A stretch of DNA of 62,882 nucleotides, filler included, from an uncultured Methanosarcinales archaeon (lineage in GTDB: Archaea; Nanobdellota; Nanobdellia; Woesearchaeales; UBA12501): the NCBI GenBank assembly GCA_964397315.1. It is 6 parts of 6 records of this genome, joined end to end, with 100 filler letters (N's around TTAATTAATTAA, not from the genome) between each part and the next. Parts side by side here need not be neighbours in the genome. Positions count along the whole stretch, not along the records: positions 23,905 to 35,202 come from CAYNHV010000035.1; positions 35,303 to 46,124 come from CAYNHV010000036.1; 4 more parts are not named here. One strand, written 5' to 3'. This document shows, in pieces, positions 26,050 through 35,634 of the stretch. The notes under the pieces were generated by a model. The model saw nothing but the letters and a program-made list of their open reading frames with translations. It did no database searches and had not been told where the DNA came from. The translations under genes and the position numbers were made by a program. Each line of letters begins with the position of its first letter. Position 1 is the first letter of the stretch.

Positions 26050-28725
26050 TCACTCAACAACTATGGCTGGCTTTCCGGGCAGGGCCTGCTTTGCCTTTGC
26101 CTCGCTGCTGTTGTCAGCCCTCTCTGTCTCAACAGCAGCGTTGAACTGTTCTTTGATACCCTCCTTTAAGTCCTGAAGGGCTTTGAGCTCCTCATCTTGG
26201 GAGAGGAGCGTCTTTGGGAGCTTTGACTTGTCAGCCACGAGCCTGGGAACGAGCTTTGATACCTCCTTGCCGTGCTGCTTGAGTTCTGTAAGCATCACGG
26301 CTTTCATTATCTCGCCAGTGTCATGCGTCTTCTCAAGCTCCTGCTTGACCATTCTCACAAGCTCGTACTTCCACTCTGCTGCCACTAGGAGCTTTATCTT
26401 CCTGGGCTTTTCTATTCCCGCCAGCTCCAGGACCTCGTGGATATCTGATATTGTGCCGCGCACCATCTCCTCTGCCTGCTCCGCTTTCTCGTCTATCATG
26501 TTCTCGTCATAGGAGGACCAGGCCTCCAGTGATATGAAATTCTTGCCTCCCAAGGCCGCCCACATCTCTTCCGCAGCATGGGGCGCAAAGGGGGATACAA
26601 GCAGCGCTGTTGTTTTTACCGCATCATCATAAACCCTCTTGTTTATCTCCCCCTCCCTGTACTTGTAGATTGAGTTCACGAACTCCATTATCCTGCCTAT
26701 GGCCAGGCTGAACTCAAAATTTTCAATGTGCTCTGTCACAACCTTGACTGTCTTGTGCTGTTTTGCTGTTATGTTCCTGTCCCTGTTGCTGAGCTCCGCG
26801 TCTTTTCCGGCGACATCATCCTCAACAAGCTTGAGTATCCTGTTAAGGAACTTGTAGGATCCCCTTACCCCCTCATCGCTCCACTCCAGCTCTTTCTCAG
26901 GCAGGGCAGCGAAGAGAATGAAGAGCCTGGCAGTGTCAGGCCCGTATCTGGATATTATGTCTCCGGGATCCACCACATTGCCGTAGCTTTTTGACATCTT
27001 CCTGCCGTCTTTTACCACCATTCCCTGGCAGAGAAGGGCTGAGAAGGGCTCGCTTATGCTGGTGAGACCGATGTCCCTCATTGCCTTTGTCCAGAATCTC
27101 GCGTATAAGAGGTGGAGAATGGCGTGCTCTATCCCTCCGATGTACTGGTCTACAGGCATCCAGTAATCCGCTGCCTTTCCAAATGGTTTTTTGTTATTCT
27201 TGGGGTCGCAGTACCTAAAGAAATACCATGAGGAGTCCACGAAGGTGTCCATAGTGTCTGTCTCTCTTCTTGCGCTTCCCCCGCACTTGGGGCATCTTGT
27301 GTCTGTGAACTCGCTGCTTGTCTCAAGGGGATTCCCTTCTCCGCTGAATCTCACACTGTCAGGCAGCTCCACAGGAAGATCCTTCTCAGGAACAGGCACT
27401 GCGCCGCATTTTGCGCAATATATTATGGGGATTGGGGTTCCCCAGTACCTCTGCCTTGATATGAGCCAGTCCCTGAGCTTGTACTGGACAGTCCTCTTTC
27501 CAATCCCCTTGTCCCCCATGTGTTTTGATATCTCCTCAATCGCGTCCCTGTTGTTAAGGCCATTGAACTTCCCTGAGTTGATCATTGTGCCGTCCTCAAC
27601 ATAGGCCCTGGACATCTTCTCCGGCTTTAGCTCATAAGAGGGGGGGCTTATCACTGCCTTTATGGGTATGCCAAACTTTCTTGCGAATTCAAAGTCCCTC
27701 TGGTCATGGGCGGGAACAGCCATTATCATTCCTGTGCCGTACTCCATGAGGACAAAGTTGGCTATGTAAATAGGAATTTTCTCCTCTGTCAGGGGGTTTA
27801 TTGCATGCCTGCCTATGAACATGCCCTCCTTTTCCTTGTCCTCTGCGGTCCTCTCAAACCTCTCCTGTATGACCACCCTGTTCACGAACTTCTTCACTTT
27901 TTCCTCGTAATCTGTGCCCTTGACAAGCTCCATTATCTTTGGGTGCTCGGGAGCAAACACCATGAATGTAACACCATAAAGAGTGTCAGGCCTTGTGGTA
28001 AAGACCGGAAGCTCCTCTCCTGTCTCAAGCCTGAAGTTCACAAGAGTTCCCTCGCTCTTTCCTATCCAGTTTCTCTGCATTGTCTTGACCCTTTCAGGCC
28101 ACTTGTCCATGCTGTCAAGCTCGCTGAGCAGCTCTTCTGCGTAATCTGTTATCTTCAGGAACCACTGCTCAAGATCCTTTATCTCAACAGCAGAACCGCA
28201 CCTCCAGCACTTGCCCTGCTCAACCTGCTCGTTGGCCAGCACTGTCCTGCACTTAGGGCACCAGTTTATTGGCGCCTTTTTTCTGTAAGCAAGGCCATTC
28301 TCAAGGAATTTTATGAACATCCACTGGTTCCACTTGTAGTATGCAGGCAGGCAGGTGGCTATCTCCCTGCTCCAGTCATAGCTAAGGCCGAGCTGTTTTT
28401 GCTGTTCTCTCATGTTTCCTATAGAAGCTAAAGTCCATTCACTCGGCCTTACACCATTTTTTATTGCTGCATTTTCTGCAGGCAGGCCAAGAGCATCGTA
28501 ACCCATTGGATACAGGACATTGAATCCGCGCATTCTCTTGTATCTTGCGAGGGCATCTCCAATAGCATAGTTCCTGACATGGCCCATGTGCAGTCCAGAA
28601 CCGCTGGGGTAGGGAAACATTTCGATGATCATGTACTTAGTCTTCTTAGAGTCCTCTCTGGTTTCAAATACTTTCTCCTTTTTCCATCTATTCTGCCATT
28701 TTTTAGCTATTTTATTTAAATCCAT
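26050..28725 (-). CDS. leuS: Leucine--tRNA ligase (bacterial-type core, archaeal-type C-terminus)
   Basis: [53 protein letters not shown]; ends [11 protein letters not shown]. Confidence 0.97.
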   Translation of the reverse strand: MDLNKIAKKWQNRWKKEKVFETREDSKKTKYMIIEMFPYPSGSGLHMGHVRNYAIGDALARYKRMRGFNVLYPMGYDALGLPAENAAIKNGVRPSEWTLASIGNMREQQKQLGLSYDWSREIATCLPAYYKWNQWMFIKFLENGLAYRKKAPINWCPKCRTVLANEQVEQGKCWRCGSAVEIKDLEQWFLKITDYAEELLSELDSMDKWPERVKTMQRNWIGKSEGTLVNFRLETGEELPVFTTRPDTLYGVTFMVFAPEHPKIMELVKGTDYEEKVKKFVNRVVIQERFERTAEDKEKEGMFIGRHAINPLTEEKIPIYIANFVLMEYGTGMIMAVPAHDQRDFEFARKFGIPIKAVISPPSYELKPEKMSRAYVEDGTMINSGKFNGLNNRDAIEEISKHMGDKGIGKRTVQYKLRDWLISRQRYWGTPIPIIYCAKCGAVPVPEKDLPVELPDSVRFSGEGNPLETSSEFTDTRCPKCGGSARRETDTMDTFVDSSWYFFRYCDPKNNKKPFGKAADYWMPVDQYIGGIEHAILHLLYARFWTKAMRDIGLTSISEPFSALLCQGMVVKDGRKMSKSYGNVVDPGDIISRYGPDTARLFILFAALPEKELEWSDEGVRGSYKFLNRILKLVEDDVAGKDAELSNRDRNITAKQHKTVKVVTEHIENFEFSLAIGRIMEFVNSIYKYREGEINKRVYDDAVKTTALLVSPFAPHAAEEMWAALGGKNFISLEAWSSYDENMIDEKAEQAEEMVRGTISDIHEVLELAGIEKPRKIKLLVAAEWKYELVRMVKQELEKTHDTGEIMKAVMLTELKQHGKEVSKLVPRLVADKSKLPKTLLSQDEELKALQDLKEGIKEQFNAAVETERADNSSEAKAKQALPGKPAIVVE

Positions 28726-28748
28726 ACCTCATTGGAGAAGCGGTTAAT

Positions 28749-29951
28749 TTATATGTTTTGTGGTGTTTTTATTGAATATCTTGCAGGTATACGCCCCCTG
28801 TGGATCCCATAAGAATAATCTTTAGAGCGCATTATGACTCCTTTTTTCTGGTAAAACTTTAGCCATTTTATTGCTGTACCTGTTTCTTTATATCTCCTAT
28901 CTTCCTTTAGTTCTGTACTGGTCACATAACCTCTTTTCTTGCAGATTCTGATGATCGCTTCTTTAATTCTTAATGGCTCTTTGTACCTTACAAATCCTTT
29001 TGTCATATTTGTAAGTAATTCTTCCTTTCTTTTTATTGGGATAAAAATTATCCTTCTCAATCTAATCAGATTTCTCCTCTCTGTTATATTAATCCTTATT
29101 CTAATCTTCTTTTTTCCTTTCTTTGTCTTATACCTCTCAGTATTATACATATTATGTCTTATCCCTATCTTTGTTAGCATCTGCCTCTCCGCCTCACTTA
29201 TTATATAAGAATCTAGTGACTCTGAAAAAGACCTTTTCCAGTTGATTTCTCTTCGGTATAACTTTTTATGGTATTTCACATGGCCTTCATCAGCTATGGT
29301 CTGTTCTATCCAGCCGCAGATGAGGTTCTTGTCTTTCAGGATGAATTCCGGCACCGGAGGATTATTCTCTGATTTCACTCCTTTAAACTTGGTTATTAAC
29401 ATCAGAGCATCTCTCATTACAGAAGGAAAAGCAAGATACCTGTCGTTTTCCCTTATCCACTCTTTGATTGTGTTTTTATCTCCGCCAAATACAGACAAGG
29501 CATCTTTTTTTACGGAGTCCCTTAATTCCTGGCTGCTGTTTGAGTAATACGTCCCGTCGCTGATCCATCCCTCGTTGCATATTGCCGCAAGGAATCTTGC
29601 GCCTTTCCTGGAATTGAAGTTAAAAGGCAGTTTGGGATTGATTATGCCTTTGCTGTTAAAATGTCCAATCCACATTATGTTTCTTTGCGCTCCTTCCAGA
29701 TCAAGTTCTGAATTCTGGTTTACAATCCCGCATATCCTGAGCAGGAAATCAATCCTTATCTTTGGATTGTCCTTGTTTATGTAGTTTGACATCGTTATCC
29801 TGCATATTTTAGTTATCTTATTGGCATTATACTTTGTTTTTACATTATCCATGAACTCTTTCAATAGCATATATCTGAAACGAGGTCTTAAAACTACGTG
29901 AAGATTCTCCGGCAAATTCCAGAAATTCAGGATTCCTTCTGAGCTTCCCAT
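28749..29951 (-). CDS. Free-standing LAGLIDADG/DOD endonuclease-like protein with flanking HTH-like regions
   Basis: Two degenerate motifs FLAAICNEG and WIEQTIADEG about 100 aa apart; very basic; AT-richer than neighbours. Confidence 0.65.
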   Translation of the reverse strand: MGSSEGILNFWNLPENLHVVLRPRFRYMLLKEFMDNVKTKYNANKITKICRITMSNYINKDNPKIRIDFLLRICGIVNQNSELDLEGAQRNIMWIGHFNSKGIINPKLPFNFNSRKGARFLAAICNEGWISDGTYYSNSSQELRDSVKKDALSVFGGDKNTIKEWIRENDRYLAFPSVMRDALMLITKFKGVKSENNPPVPEFILKDKNLICGWIEQTIADEGHVKYHKKLYRREINWKRSFSESLDSYIISEAERQMLTKIGIRHNMYNTERYKTKKGKKKIRIRINITERRNLIRLRRIIFIPIKRKEELLTNMTKGFVRYKEPLRIKEAIIRICKKRGYVTSTELKEDRRYKETGTAIKWLKFYQKKGVIMRSKDYSYGIHRGRIPARYSIKTPQNI

Positions 29952-30026
29952 CTATTATTGTCAGAAATCTGTTACTTAAATACATTGCGCGCAGAAATGT
30001 CCTGTGGGCAGTGGAGTTTTTATATG

Positions 30027-30186
30027 TCAGAAATATACCACTGGTTTATTTAACCAGTGGACAAAGTCCACAAAGGCATATCCGCAGAGGGTATATTTCT
30101 GAGCATGCTCAAAAACCACAGGTCAATAAAGAATGAGAATGAAGCTTTCGCTTCATGCCACCGGTCTCTGACCGGTGGTTTTTGAC
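30027..30186. repeat. Nested palindromes with REP-like CCAC(C/T)GGT-loop-ACC(G/A)GTGG units
   Basis: Hairpins at 30038-30060 and 30158-30178; longer IRs 30027-30039/30090-30102 and 30109-30125/30169-30185. Confidence 0.75.
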
Positions 30187-30324
30187 ATGGCGAATCCCTC
30201 TGATTATATAATGAAAGAATGCGCAATAACGTACTTCGTGTCTTTGTTGGGCGAGTATGCTTTCTTTGAGTCAAAGTTTAAATGGGGGGTGGAGCCGGAA
30301 TAAACCCAATAATATGGACAAAAA

Positions 30325-30522
30325 CTACTTTTTCTCCCTGACAATCCTGAACTTGCTCTTCTTTGAGCCTGAATTCTTCATGTTTACTATCTTGTAATCC
30401 TTCAGCCCTTTCTCCTCAGCCCATTTCCTTGCAGCTTCCTCTGTTTTGAAGGTCTTGGGCCTCCTTTTCCTGTTCCTTCCCCTGTGGAGGAGAACGGGCT
30501 TGTTGTCTCTTCTGTAGCTCAT
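30325..30522 (-). CDS. Small basic hypothetical protein at the end of the r-protein operon
   Basis: 65 aa, K/R-rich, RPKTFKTEEAARKWAE; 10 nt after the rpoN stop. Confidence 0.75.
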   Translation of the reverse strand: MSYRRDNKPVLLHRGRNRKRRPKTFKTEEAARKWAEEKGLKDYKIVNMKNSGSKKSKFRIVREKK

Positions 30523-30532
30523 TGCTCGTGCC

Positions 30533-30730
30533 TCAGAACTTTTTGAATTTAGCTGCGGTGTCAATAAGGTCCACGTGGCCGAGGAAAAGCGCCCTGCAGC
30601 AGTACCTCTCCAGGCCGAGGCTGTCCATCAGCTTTTTCTTGTCCTCTCCCTTGCCTGATTTTTCCTTGAACTCTTCCCAGAGATGCGCGACAGGCTTTCC
30701 GCAGCTCGGGCATCTTATTGGTATTATCAT
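30533..30730 (-). CDS. rpoN: DNA-directed RNA polymerase subunit N (Rpo10)
   Basis: MIIPIRCPSCGK ... RYCCR. Confidence 0.97.
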   Translation of the reverse strand: MIIPIRCPSCGKPVAHLWEEFKEKSGKGEDKKKLMDSLGLERYCCRALFLGHVDLIDTAAKFKKF

Positions 30731-30742
30731 TTTGTCAGCACC

Positions 30743-31168
30743 TCACCTGTATGACTTCTGCCTCTTTGCTCTGGCTCTTGATATGTTGGGCTTGCGCGGT
30801 TCCCTGAACCTTACGTCAGCCACCAGGAGCCTCCTGTCATATTCTGCGAAATCGTCCTTGAGCTTTGACTTTCCCGCCCACTCAATGAGCGCTCTTCCTA
30901 TTGCGAGCCTTGCTGCTTCTGCTCCTGACATCACTCCCCCGCCTCTTACATTGACGTTTATGTCAATGCTTCCTGATATATCCTCTGCGAGCAGGAGCGG
31001 CTCTTTTATCTTCATCCTGCAGAGCTTGGGCTCCAGCACCTCAAGCGAAACATTGTTTATCTTGATGTTGCCCTTTCCTTCCTTTATGGTGGCCCTGGCA
31101 ACAGCTTTCTTCCTTCTTCCTGAGGTGTGCATTACCTTCTTTCCTTTCTTTTCTTTTTTTGCGCTCAT
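30743..31168 (-). CDS. rps9: 30S ribosomal protein S9 (uS9)
   Basis: GRRKKAVARA, GGGVMS, YDRRLLVAD, QKSYR. Confidence 0.97.
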   Translation of the reverse strand: MSAKKEKKGKKVMHTSGRRKKAVARATIKEGKGNIKINNVSLEVLEPKLCRMKIKEPLLLAEDISGSIDINVNVRGGGVMSGAEAARLAIGRALIEWAGKSKLKDDFAEYDRRLLVADVRFREPRKPNISRARAKRQKSYR

Positions 31169-31581
31169 ATTTTAGCACCTAAAAACTTTGATATGTCCTT
31201 GAGGTAAGTGTATTTCAGGGAGGGTGTTTTTGATATGTCCGCTCCTTTCACCTTCTCAAGCTTCTTGTCCTTGAGGTTATCCGGAACGCCGATGTAGCAC
31301 ATTACCCTTTTAAAGGCTTTTCTTCCCCTGTCCTTGTCATAGGGAAGCATGCCCCTCACTGTCCTTCTTACGATCCTGTCAGGCAGCTTGGGGTAGTAGG
31401 GGCCCTTGAGGGGAACTCCTCTTTCTCTTCTCTGTTTGAACTTTGAAAGGATCTGCTCTTTGTTTCCTGTCATGACAGCGTTTTCGCAGTTGACTATATC
31501 AATCTTCTCTCCATTAAGAGCTTTTTTTGCGGCGTAAGCAGCCATCCTCCCTATTATTGCGTCGGTAGCGTCTATTATCAT
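31165..31581 (-). CDS. rpl13: 50S ribosomal protein L13 (uL13)
   Basis: IIDA...GRMA, VNCENAVMTG, RTVRGMLP. Confidence 0.97.
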   Translation of the reverse strand: MIIDATDAIIGRMAAYAAKKALNGEKIDIVNCENAVMTGNKEQILSKFKQRRERGVPLKGPYYPKLPDRIVRRTVRGMLPYDKDRGRKAFKRVMCYIGVPDNLKDKKLEKVKGADISKTPSLKYTYLKDISKFLGAKI

Positions 31582-31583
31582 TT

Positions 31584-31949
31584 TTATCCCATTATCCTTA
31601 TGTTTTGCGCTTTTGGGTTTTTCTGGACCAGGTCTGTTATGCTCATGCATGTCCCGTTTGCTTTTGTTATCTTTCTTACAGCACCATCGGAAAACTCAAA
31701 AGCAGCCACATTAACCTTGTGGTTTATCTCTCCTGTTCCTAGCACCTTGCCGGGAACTATGATAATCTCATTATCTTTGGTGTGCTTGTTTATCCTGTAA
31801 ACATTGATTATTCTTCTCTTTCTAGCGGGTTTTTCAAGGTCAAGGGCAACTCTCCTCCAGAGGCTGACGTTCTGCTCGCTGCCCTGTTTCTTGAGGAGCT
31901 GTATTAGCCCCCTCATCTGCACGTTTGAAGGCCCTGTTCTCTTTGCCAT
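31584..31949 (-). CDS. rpl18e: 50S ribosomal protein L18e (eL18)
   Basis: LWRRVA, IVPGKVLGTG, VAAFEFS. Confidence 0.96.
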   Translation of the reverse strand: MAKRTGPSNVQMRGLIQLLKKQGSEQNVSLWRRVALDLEKPARKRRIINVYRINKHTKDNEIIIVPGKVLGTGEINHKVNVAAFEFSDGAVRKITKANGTCMSITDLVQKNPKAQNIRIMG

Positions 31950-32086
31950 TTTACTGTTTTTTGTGTGGGTTTGCAATAAAGGGGACTCCTGTTGCGAAGC
32001 AACCAGGAGTCGCCTGTGGTTTTCCGTGAAAATGCCAGGCATTTTCAGGGCACTGGAAATCTCTGATTTCCATTGTATTAAAAAAC

Positions 32087-32151
32087 TGCGGGAGACGGGT
32101 TTTTAACCCAACGCAACGGCTCGCTCCGTTGACACGCGAGCTAAGCGGGAT
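32087..32151 (-). pseudogene. Degenerate partial duplicate of the tRNA-Leu 3' end and upstream flank
   Basis: 22/23 match to 32236-32258, plus similarity to 32396-32433. Confidence 0.7.
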
Positions 32152-32235
32152 ATCCTCGCTTTGCTCGGAATCCCGCCACCTTTGATTTACTCCTTTGTTC
32201 TTAACCCTCTTTTTCTTATACTCATTTAATCTTGA

Positions 32236-32394
32236 TGCGGGAGACGGGTTTTGAACCCGCGCAGGCACTAAGCCACACGGCGTTTAAAGCTCGGGCGCTT
32301 GGCCCTGGAAGCCTTGCGGTTCCGCTGCCTCAACCGTGTCCGTCTGGCCTGGAAAGGGCGGGCCGTTTCCATTTGACCACTCCGGCACTCCCGC
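32236..32394 (-). tRNA. tRNA-Leu(GAG) with two introns (21/22: 32344-32372; 37/38: 32282-32327)
   Basis: Acceptor GCGGGAG/CTCCCGC-A, anticodon stem CACGG/CCGTG, long variable arm, TTCAAAA T-loop; BHB motifs at both introns; CCA not encoded. Confidence 0.92.
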
Positions 32395-32437
32395 AAACGG
32401 TTACGCTCGGTTGACGCGCAATGCTAAGCGGGACACA

Positions 32438-32503
32438 CTGAAAATTGCATGCAATTTTCAGGCCTGCAAATGCTCTGCATTTGCAGTAAAAACTTCGTTT
32501 TTA
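32438..32503. repeat. Tandem array of three short palindromes
   Basis: CTGAAAATTGC/GCAATTTTCAG, CTGCAAATGC/GCATTTGCAG, TAAAAAC/GTTTTTA. Confidence 0.85.
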
Positions 32504-32550
32504 GTCCCACGACCGCAGCGCGTGAGTATAATCTAAACTTAATCGGCTGG

Positions 32551-33348
32551 TCACTTTTTTATGGCGTCTGCGAAATCGTCAAGCTTTGAATCCAGTATCT
32601 TTGCTGCTTCTGTAATCATCTGCTTTGCGCTCAGCTGTCCGAACGGCTCAACATAAAAAATTATGTTTGACTCATCCTCATTGAGGTTTATTGTCCCGTT
32701 CTCAACTTCCGCGCATGCGCCGCAGAGGTGGCAGTTGAAGAGGTTGTTCTGCTTTACAGACAGCTTGCCGTTCTTTACCTCATAAACATCCACCGGGCAG
32801 GATCTGGCCACTGCATCAGCATCTTTTGGATTCTTTTTTATGTCTATCACCGGCATGTACCTGTAATACGCCAGTCCCGGGCTGAACTTGATGTGGTCTT
32901 TCCCTCTTCCGAGGACTGCGGTTGCCTCAAACTCCATGCCTTGCCCCTTAAGCAGTTTTGCTATCGGCATGTCAGGATAGACAGGCACCACCTTGGGGTC
33001 TTTTGACTTTATCTCAGAGGCCTTGACTGTCTGGTCGCTTCTTGCAGTAACCTTGAGAGTCATCTTGAGGCTGCACTTGGCGCATCCTGCGCCCTCGCAC
33101 TTGCATTCTTCAATAAGGTCATATGTCTTGAGGTCTGTTTTCAGCGGGATTAACCCTAGTCTGTGGGCCACTATCTCGTCATAGAGCACTGAATTATTCC
33201 TCCTGAACTCCACATCCTCAATAGCCATTGTGGGAACTTCGCTGACAATGGCCCTTCTGAGGGAGTTCGCAAACGCTGCTGTGGTGTCTTTTATCAGGAA
33301 TGATACATTTCCTGTCTTCTTGTCCTTATTCAAGAGTTTTATGTCCAT
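32551..33348 (-). CDS. rpoD: DNA-directed RNA polymerase subunit D (Rpo3) with ferredoxin-like insert
   Basis: ANSLRR, VPTMAIEDV, AHRLGLIP, CPVDVY...CHLCGAC. Confidence 0.97.
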   Translation of the reverse strand: MDIKLLNKDKKTGNVSFLIKDTTAAFANSLRRAIVSEVPTMAIEDVEFRRNNSVLYDEIVAHRLGLIPLKTDLKTYDLIEECKCEGAGCAKCSLKMTLKVTARSDQTVKASEIKSKDPKVVPVYPDMPIAKLLKGQGMEFEATAVLGRGKDHIKFSPGLAYYRYMPVIDIKKNPKDADAVARSCPVDVYEVKNGKLSVKQNNLFNCHLCGACAEVENGTINLNEDESNIIFYVEPFGQLSAKQMITEAAKILDSKLDDFADAIKK

Positions 33349-33368
33349 TTTAACACCTGCTGTCCTGT

Positions 33369-33776
33369 TCAGACCCTTCTGCCTTTCCTTCCCCCTCTCT
33401 TCCTGCATGAGTCATGGGGCACTGGAGTCGCGTCCTGTATTATCCCCACCTTTATGCCTGTTCTTGAGAGGGCTCTTACAGCAGCCTGAGCTCCTGGGCC
33501 TGGGTTCATTGGGCCGTTGTGCCCTCCCGGAGCCTTTATCCTCACGTGAAGACCCCTGACACCTTTTTCAAGCGCTGTTTCTGCTGCTTTTTTTGCCGCG
33601 AGCATGGCCGTTGTGGGGGATGACTCAAGCCTGTGGGATTTTGTGACCATTCCCCCTGAGCATTTTGCAATGCTTTCCCTTCCGCTGACATCTGTAATAT
33701 GGATGATGGTGTTGTTATATGATGCATAGATATGGGCAACCCCCCACCTTATTGGCTTTCCGTCTCTAGAGCTCAT
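33369..33776 (-). CDS. rps11: 30S ribosomal protein S11 (uS11)
   Basis: [34 protein letters not shown]. Confidence 0.97.
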   Translation of the reverse strand: MSSRDGKPIRWGVAHIYASYNNTIIHITDVSGRESIAKCSGGMVTKSHRLESSPTTAMLAAKKAAETALEKGVRGLHVRIKAPGGHNGPMNPGPGAQAAVRALSRTGIKVGIIQDATPVPHDSCRKRGGRKGRRV

Positions 33777-34510
33777 TTTTTATCTTCCCCTGCGCCGGTG
33801 TCTTGATTTTCTTTTTTCTCCTCCCCTGCTTCAGTCCCCTTGTTTTTCTTTTCTTTGCTCTCTTCTGGTTTGCTTTCCGGCTTTTCGCCGCCTTTTTCCT
33901 TGCCCTTTTTTTTGCCTTCCCCCTTGTCCTTCGCCTTTTTCCTGCCTTTCTTTTTGTCTTCCTTCTTTTCTGCCTCACTGCCCTCTTTCTGCTCCTGAGC
34001 AGAGGATATCTCAGGATGCTCTGGGTCATTAAGGCCCGACTTGGGTGAGAATGCAAGTGATGCTTCCTCTTCTGCTGAAAGCATGTAAGAGGGAGATGTT
34101 ATCTTCTTCCCATTTACTGTCACGTGGCCGTGGGTTATGAACTGTCTTGCCTGCTTCACTGACCTTGCCATTCCCTTCTTGTAAACCTGAGTCTGAAGCC
34201 TTCTTTCAAGCACGTCCCTCAGACCAAGGTCAAGCACTGGATCAAGTGATGAATTCCCGCTTAAAAGGCCTGTCCTGTTGAGCTTCTCTAATATCTGCGA
34301 CCTTTCCTTCTCAGCCTGCGCTGTTTTGAGCGCGATGAGCTTCTTGGCCTGGTCCTTGAATTTCTTCAGGAGGGATCTTGTCTTGTGGAATTCCCTGCTG
34401 TTTCTTGTCCCATATTCTCTTGAAAGGGTTTTCTCCTCGTCAATCCTCTCCTTATTCCAGGGGTGGACTGGAGTTTCATACTTCTTTCTTGTTTTTCTTG
34501 GGTCTCCCAT
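33773..34510 (-). CDS. rps4: 30S ribosomal protein S4 (uS4) with long K/E-rich tail
   Basis: MGDP...[19 protein letters not shown]. Confidence 0.97.
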   Translation of the reverse strand: MGDPRKTRKKYETPVHPWNKERIDEEKTLSREYGTRNSREFHKTRSLLKKFKDQAKKLIALKTAQAEKERSQILEKLNRTGLLSGNSSLDPVLDLGLRDVLERRLQTQVYKKGMARSVKQARQFITHGHVTVNGKKITSPSYMLSAEEEASLAFSPKSGLNDPEHPEISSAQEQKEGSEAEKKEDKKKGRKKAKDKGEGKKKGKEKGGEKPESKPEESKEKKNKGTEAGEEKKENQDTGAGEDKK

Positions 34511-34511
34511 T

Positions 34512-34988
34512 TTATTTCTTTGCCTGCTGGGGGGTTGCTTTTCGCTTTACGCCCGTGACCTTGCCCTTGTTTTTTCTGAAGTTGGACTTTGTCTTCTGGC
34601 CTCTGACCCTGAGCCCCTCTCCATGCCTGACTCCCCTGTAAGCCTTTATGACTCTGAGCCTTTTTATGTCTGTTCCCCTGTAATAATCAATATCTCCTGC
34701 CACAAGATGGCTGTCTTTTCCTGTCTCATAATCCTTTCTCCTGTTCAGCATCCACACAGGGATGTTATGATTCTGGGGATTCCTTATGACATCATCCAGC
34801 TTGCCTGCCTCTTCATCGCTCAGGTATCCTGTCTTTTTGTTCTTGTCAATTCCTGTTGTGTTGCATACAGCATTGGCGAGCATGAAGTTCACTCCTTTTA
34901 TCTTCCTGAGAGCGCTTAGAATAGGCTTGCTGCCTTCAAGATCCGTGTTCGCAATCCTTAATATGTGCCTGAAATCCGCATCTGCCAT
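34512..34988 (-). CDS. rps13: 30S ribosomal protein S13 (uS13)
   Basis: RIANTDL, WMLNRRKD, YRGVRH..GLRVRGQKT. Confidence 0.97.
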   Translation of the reverse strand: MADADFRHILRIANTDLEGSKPILSALRKIKGVNFMLANAVCNTTGIDKNKKTGYLSDEEAGKLDDVIRNPQNHNIPVWMLNRRKDYETGKDSHLVAGDIDYYRGTDIKRLRVIKAYRGVRHGEGLRVRGQKTKSNFRKNKGKVTGVKRKATPQQAKK

Positions 34989-35163
34989 CCTGAATCACAT
35001 TTAATATTGCATTGCCGAGGCCGCAGTATGTTCCGAGAACTCATTTTTAAGCCCTGTAAGCGCTCGAAACACCGTGAACTCGGGCTTTAAGCTGTTTATT
35101 TTGGGATAAGGGGGGTGGTTTATAAAGCTTTTGTATGCAGCACTGCCCTGTTTAAGTACATAA

Positions 35164-35202
35164 TTAGTTCACACTCTTAATAATACATTCTTTTTCCTTC
35201 TT
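35164..35202. repeat. Contig-terminal repeat, second copy
   Basis: 37/39 identical to 23765-23803. Confidence 0.8.
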
Positions 35203-35302
35203 NNNNNNNNNNNNNNNNNNNNNNNNNNNNNNNNNNNNNNNNNNNNTTAATTAATTAANNNNNNNNNNNNNNNNNNNNNNNNNNNNNNNNNNNNNNNNNN
35301 NN
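35203..35302. other. Artificial contig linker
   Basis: N-run / TTAATTAATTAA / N-run. Confidence 0.99.
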
Positions 35303-35478
35303 ACAAGCTCCTCTTCAACCATACTCAGATTTAAATTTGGACAGTATTTATATCTTATCTATTAATGGTTGGGTAATGTTTTTCCTGAGTGAGAGTTTGT
35401 TTTTTATTTGTTTTATGCATATTTATATAGTAATTATACCTATATATACCTTAATGTGGGTACAAAGGTGAAAAATAA

Positions 35479-35634
35479 ATGAAATTACAATATCATAACA
35501 ACAGGTGGAATATAACTGTTCCTTCAAGTGCAGTAAAAGTCAAAGGCTGGAAAAAGGGTCAAGAGTTTGACTTTAGATTTAATGAGAGGGGCAATTTGGA
35601 GTTATATGAGATTGATAAAGTCAAGAATGATTAG
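35479..35634 (+). CDS. AbrB/MazE/SpoVT-like DNA-binding protein (51 aa, not in the ORF track)
   Basis: MKLQYHNNRWNITVPSSAVKVKGWKKGQEFDFRFNERGNLEL; SD AGGTGA. Confidence 0.75.
   Translation: MKLQYHNNRWNITVPSSAVKVKGWKKGQEFDFRFNERGNLELYEIDKVKND

Noticed and set aside
27706..28431. Long antisense ORFs (also 9179-9979, 34278-34919, 50704-51474, 54751-55689)
   Set aside because: Lie opposite well-supported genes and show no motifs; shadow ORFs
28749..30320. Group I intron or intein hosting the LAGLIDADG-like ORF
   Set aside because: No interrupted host gene, no intein termini, only 23 nt between its stop and the leuS start
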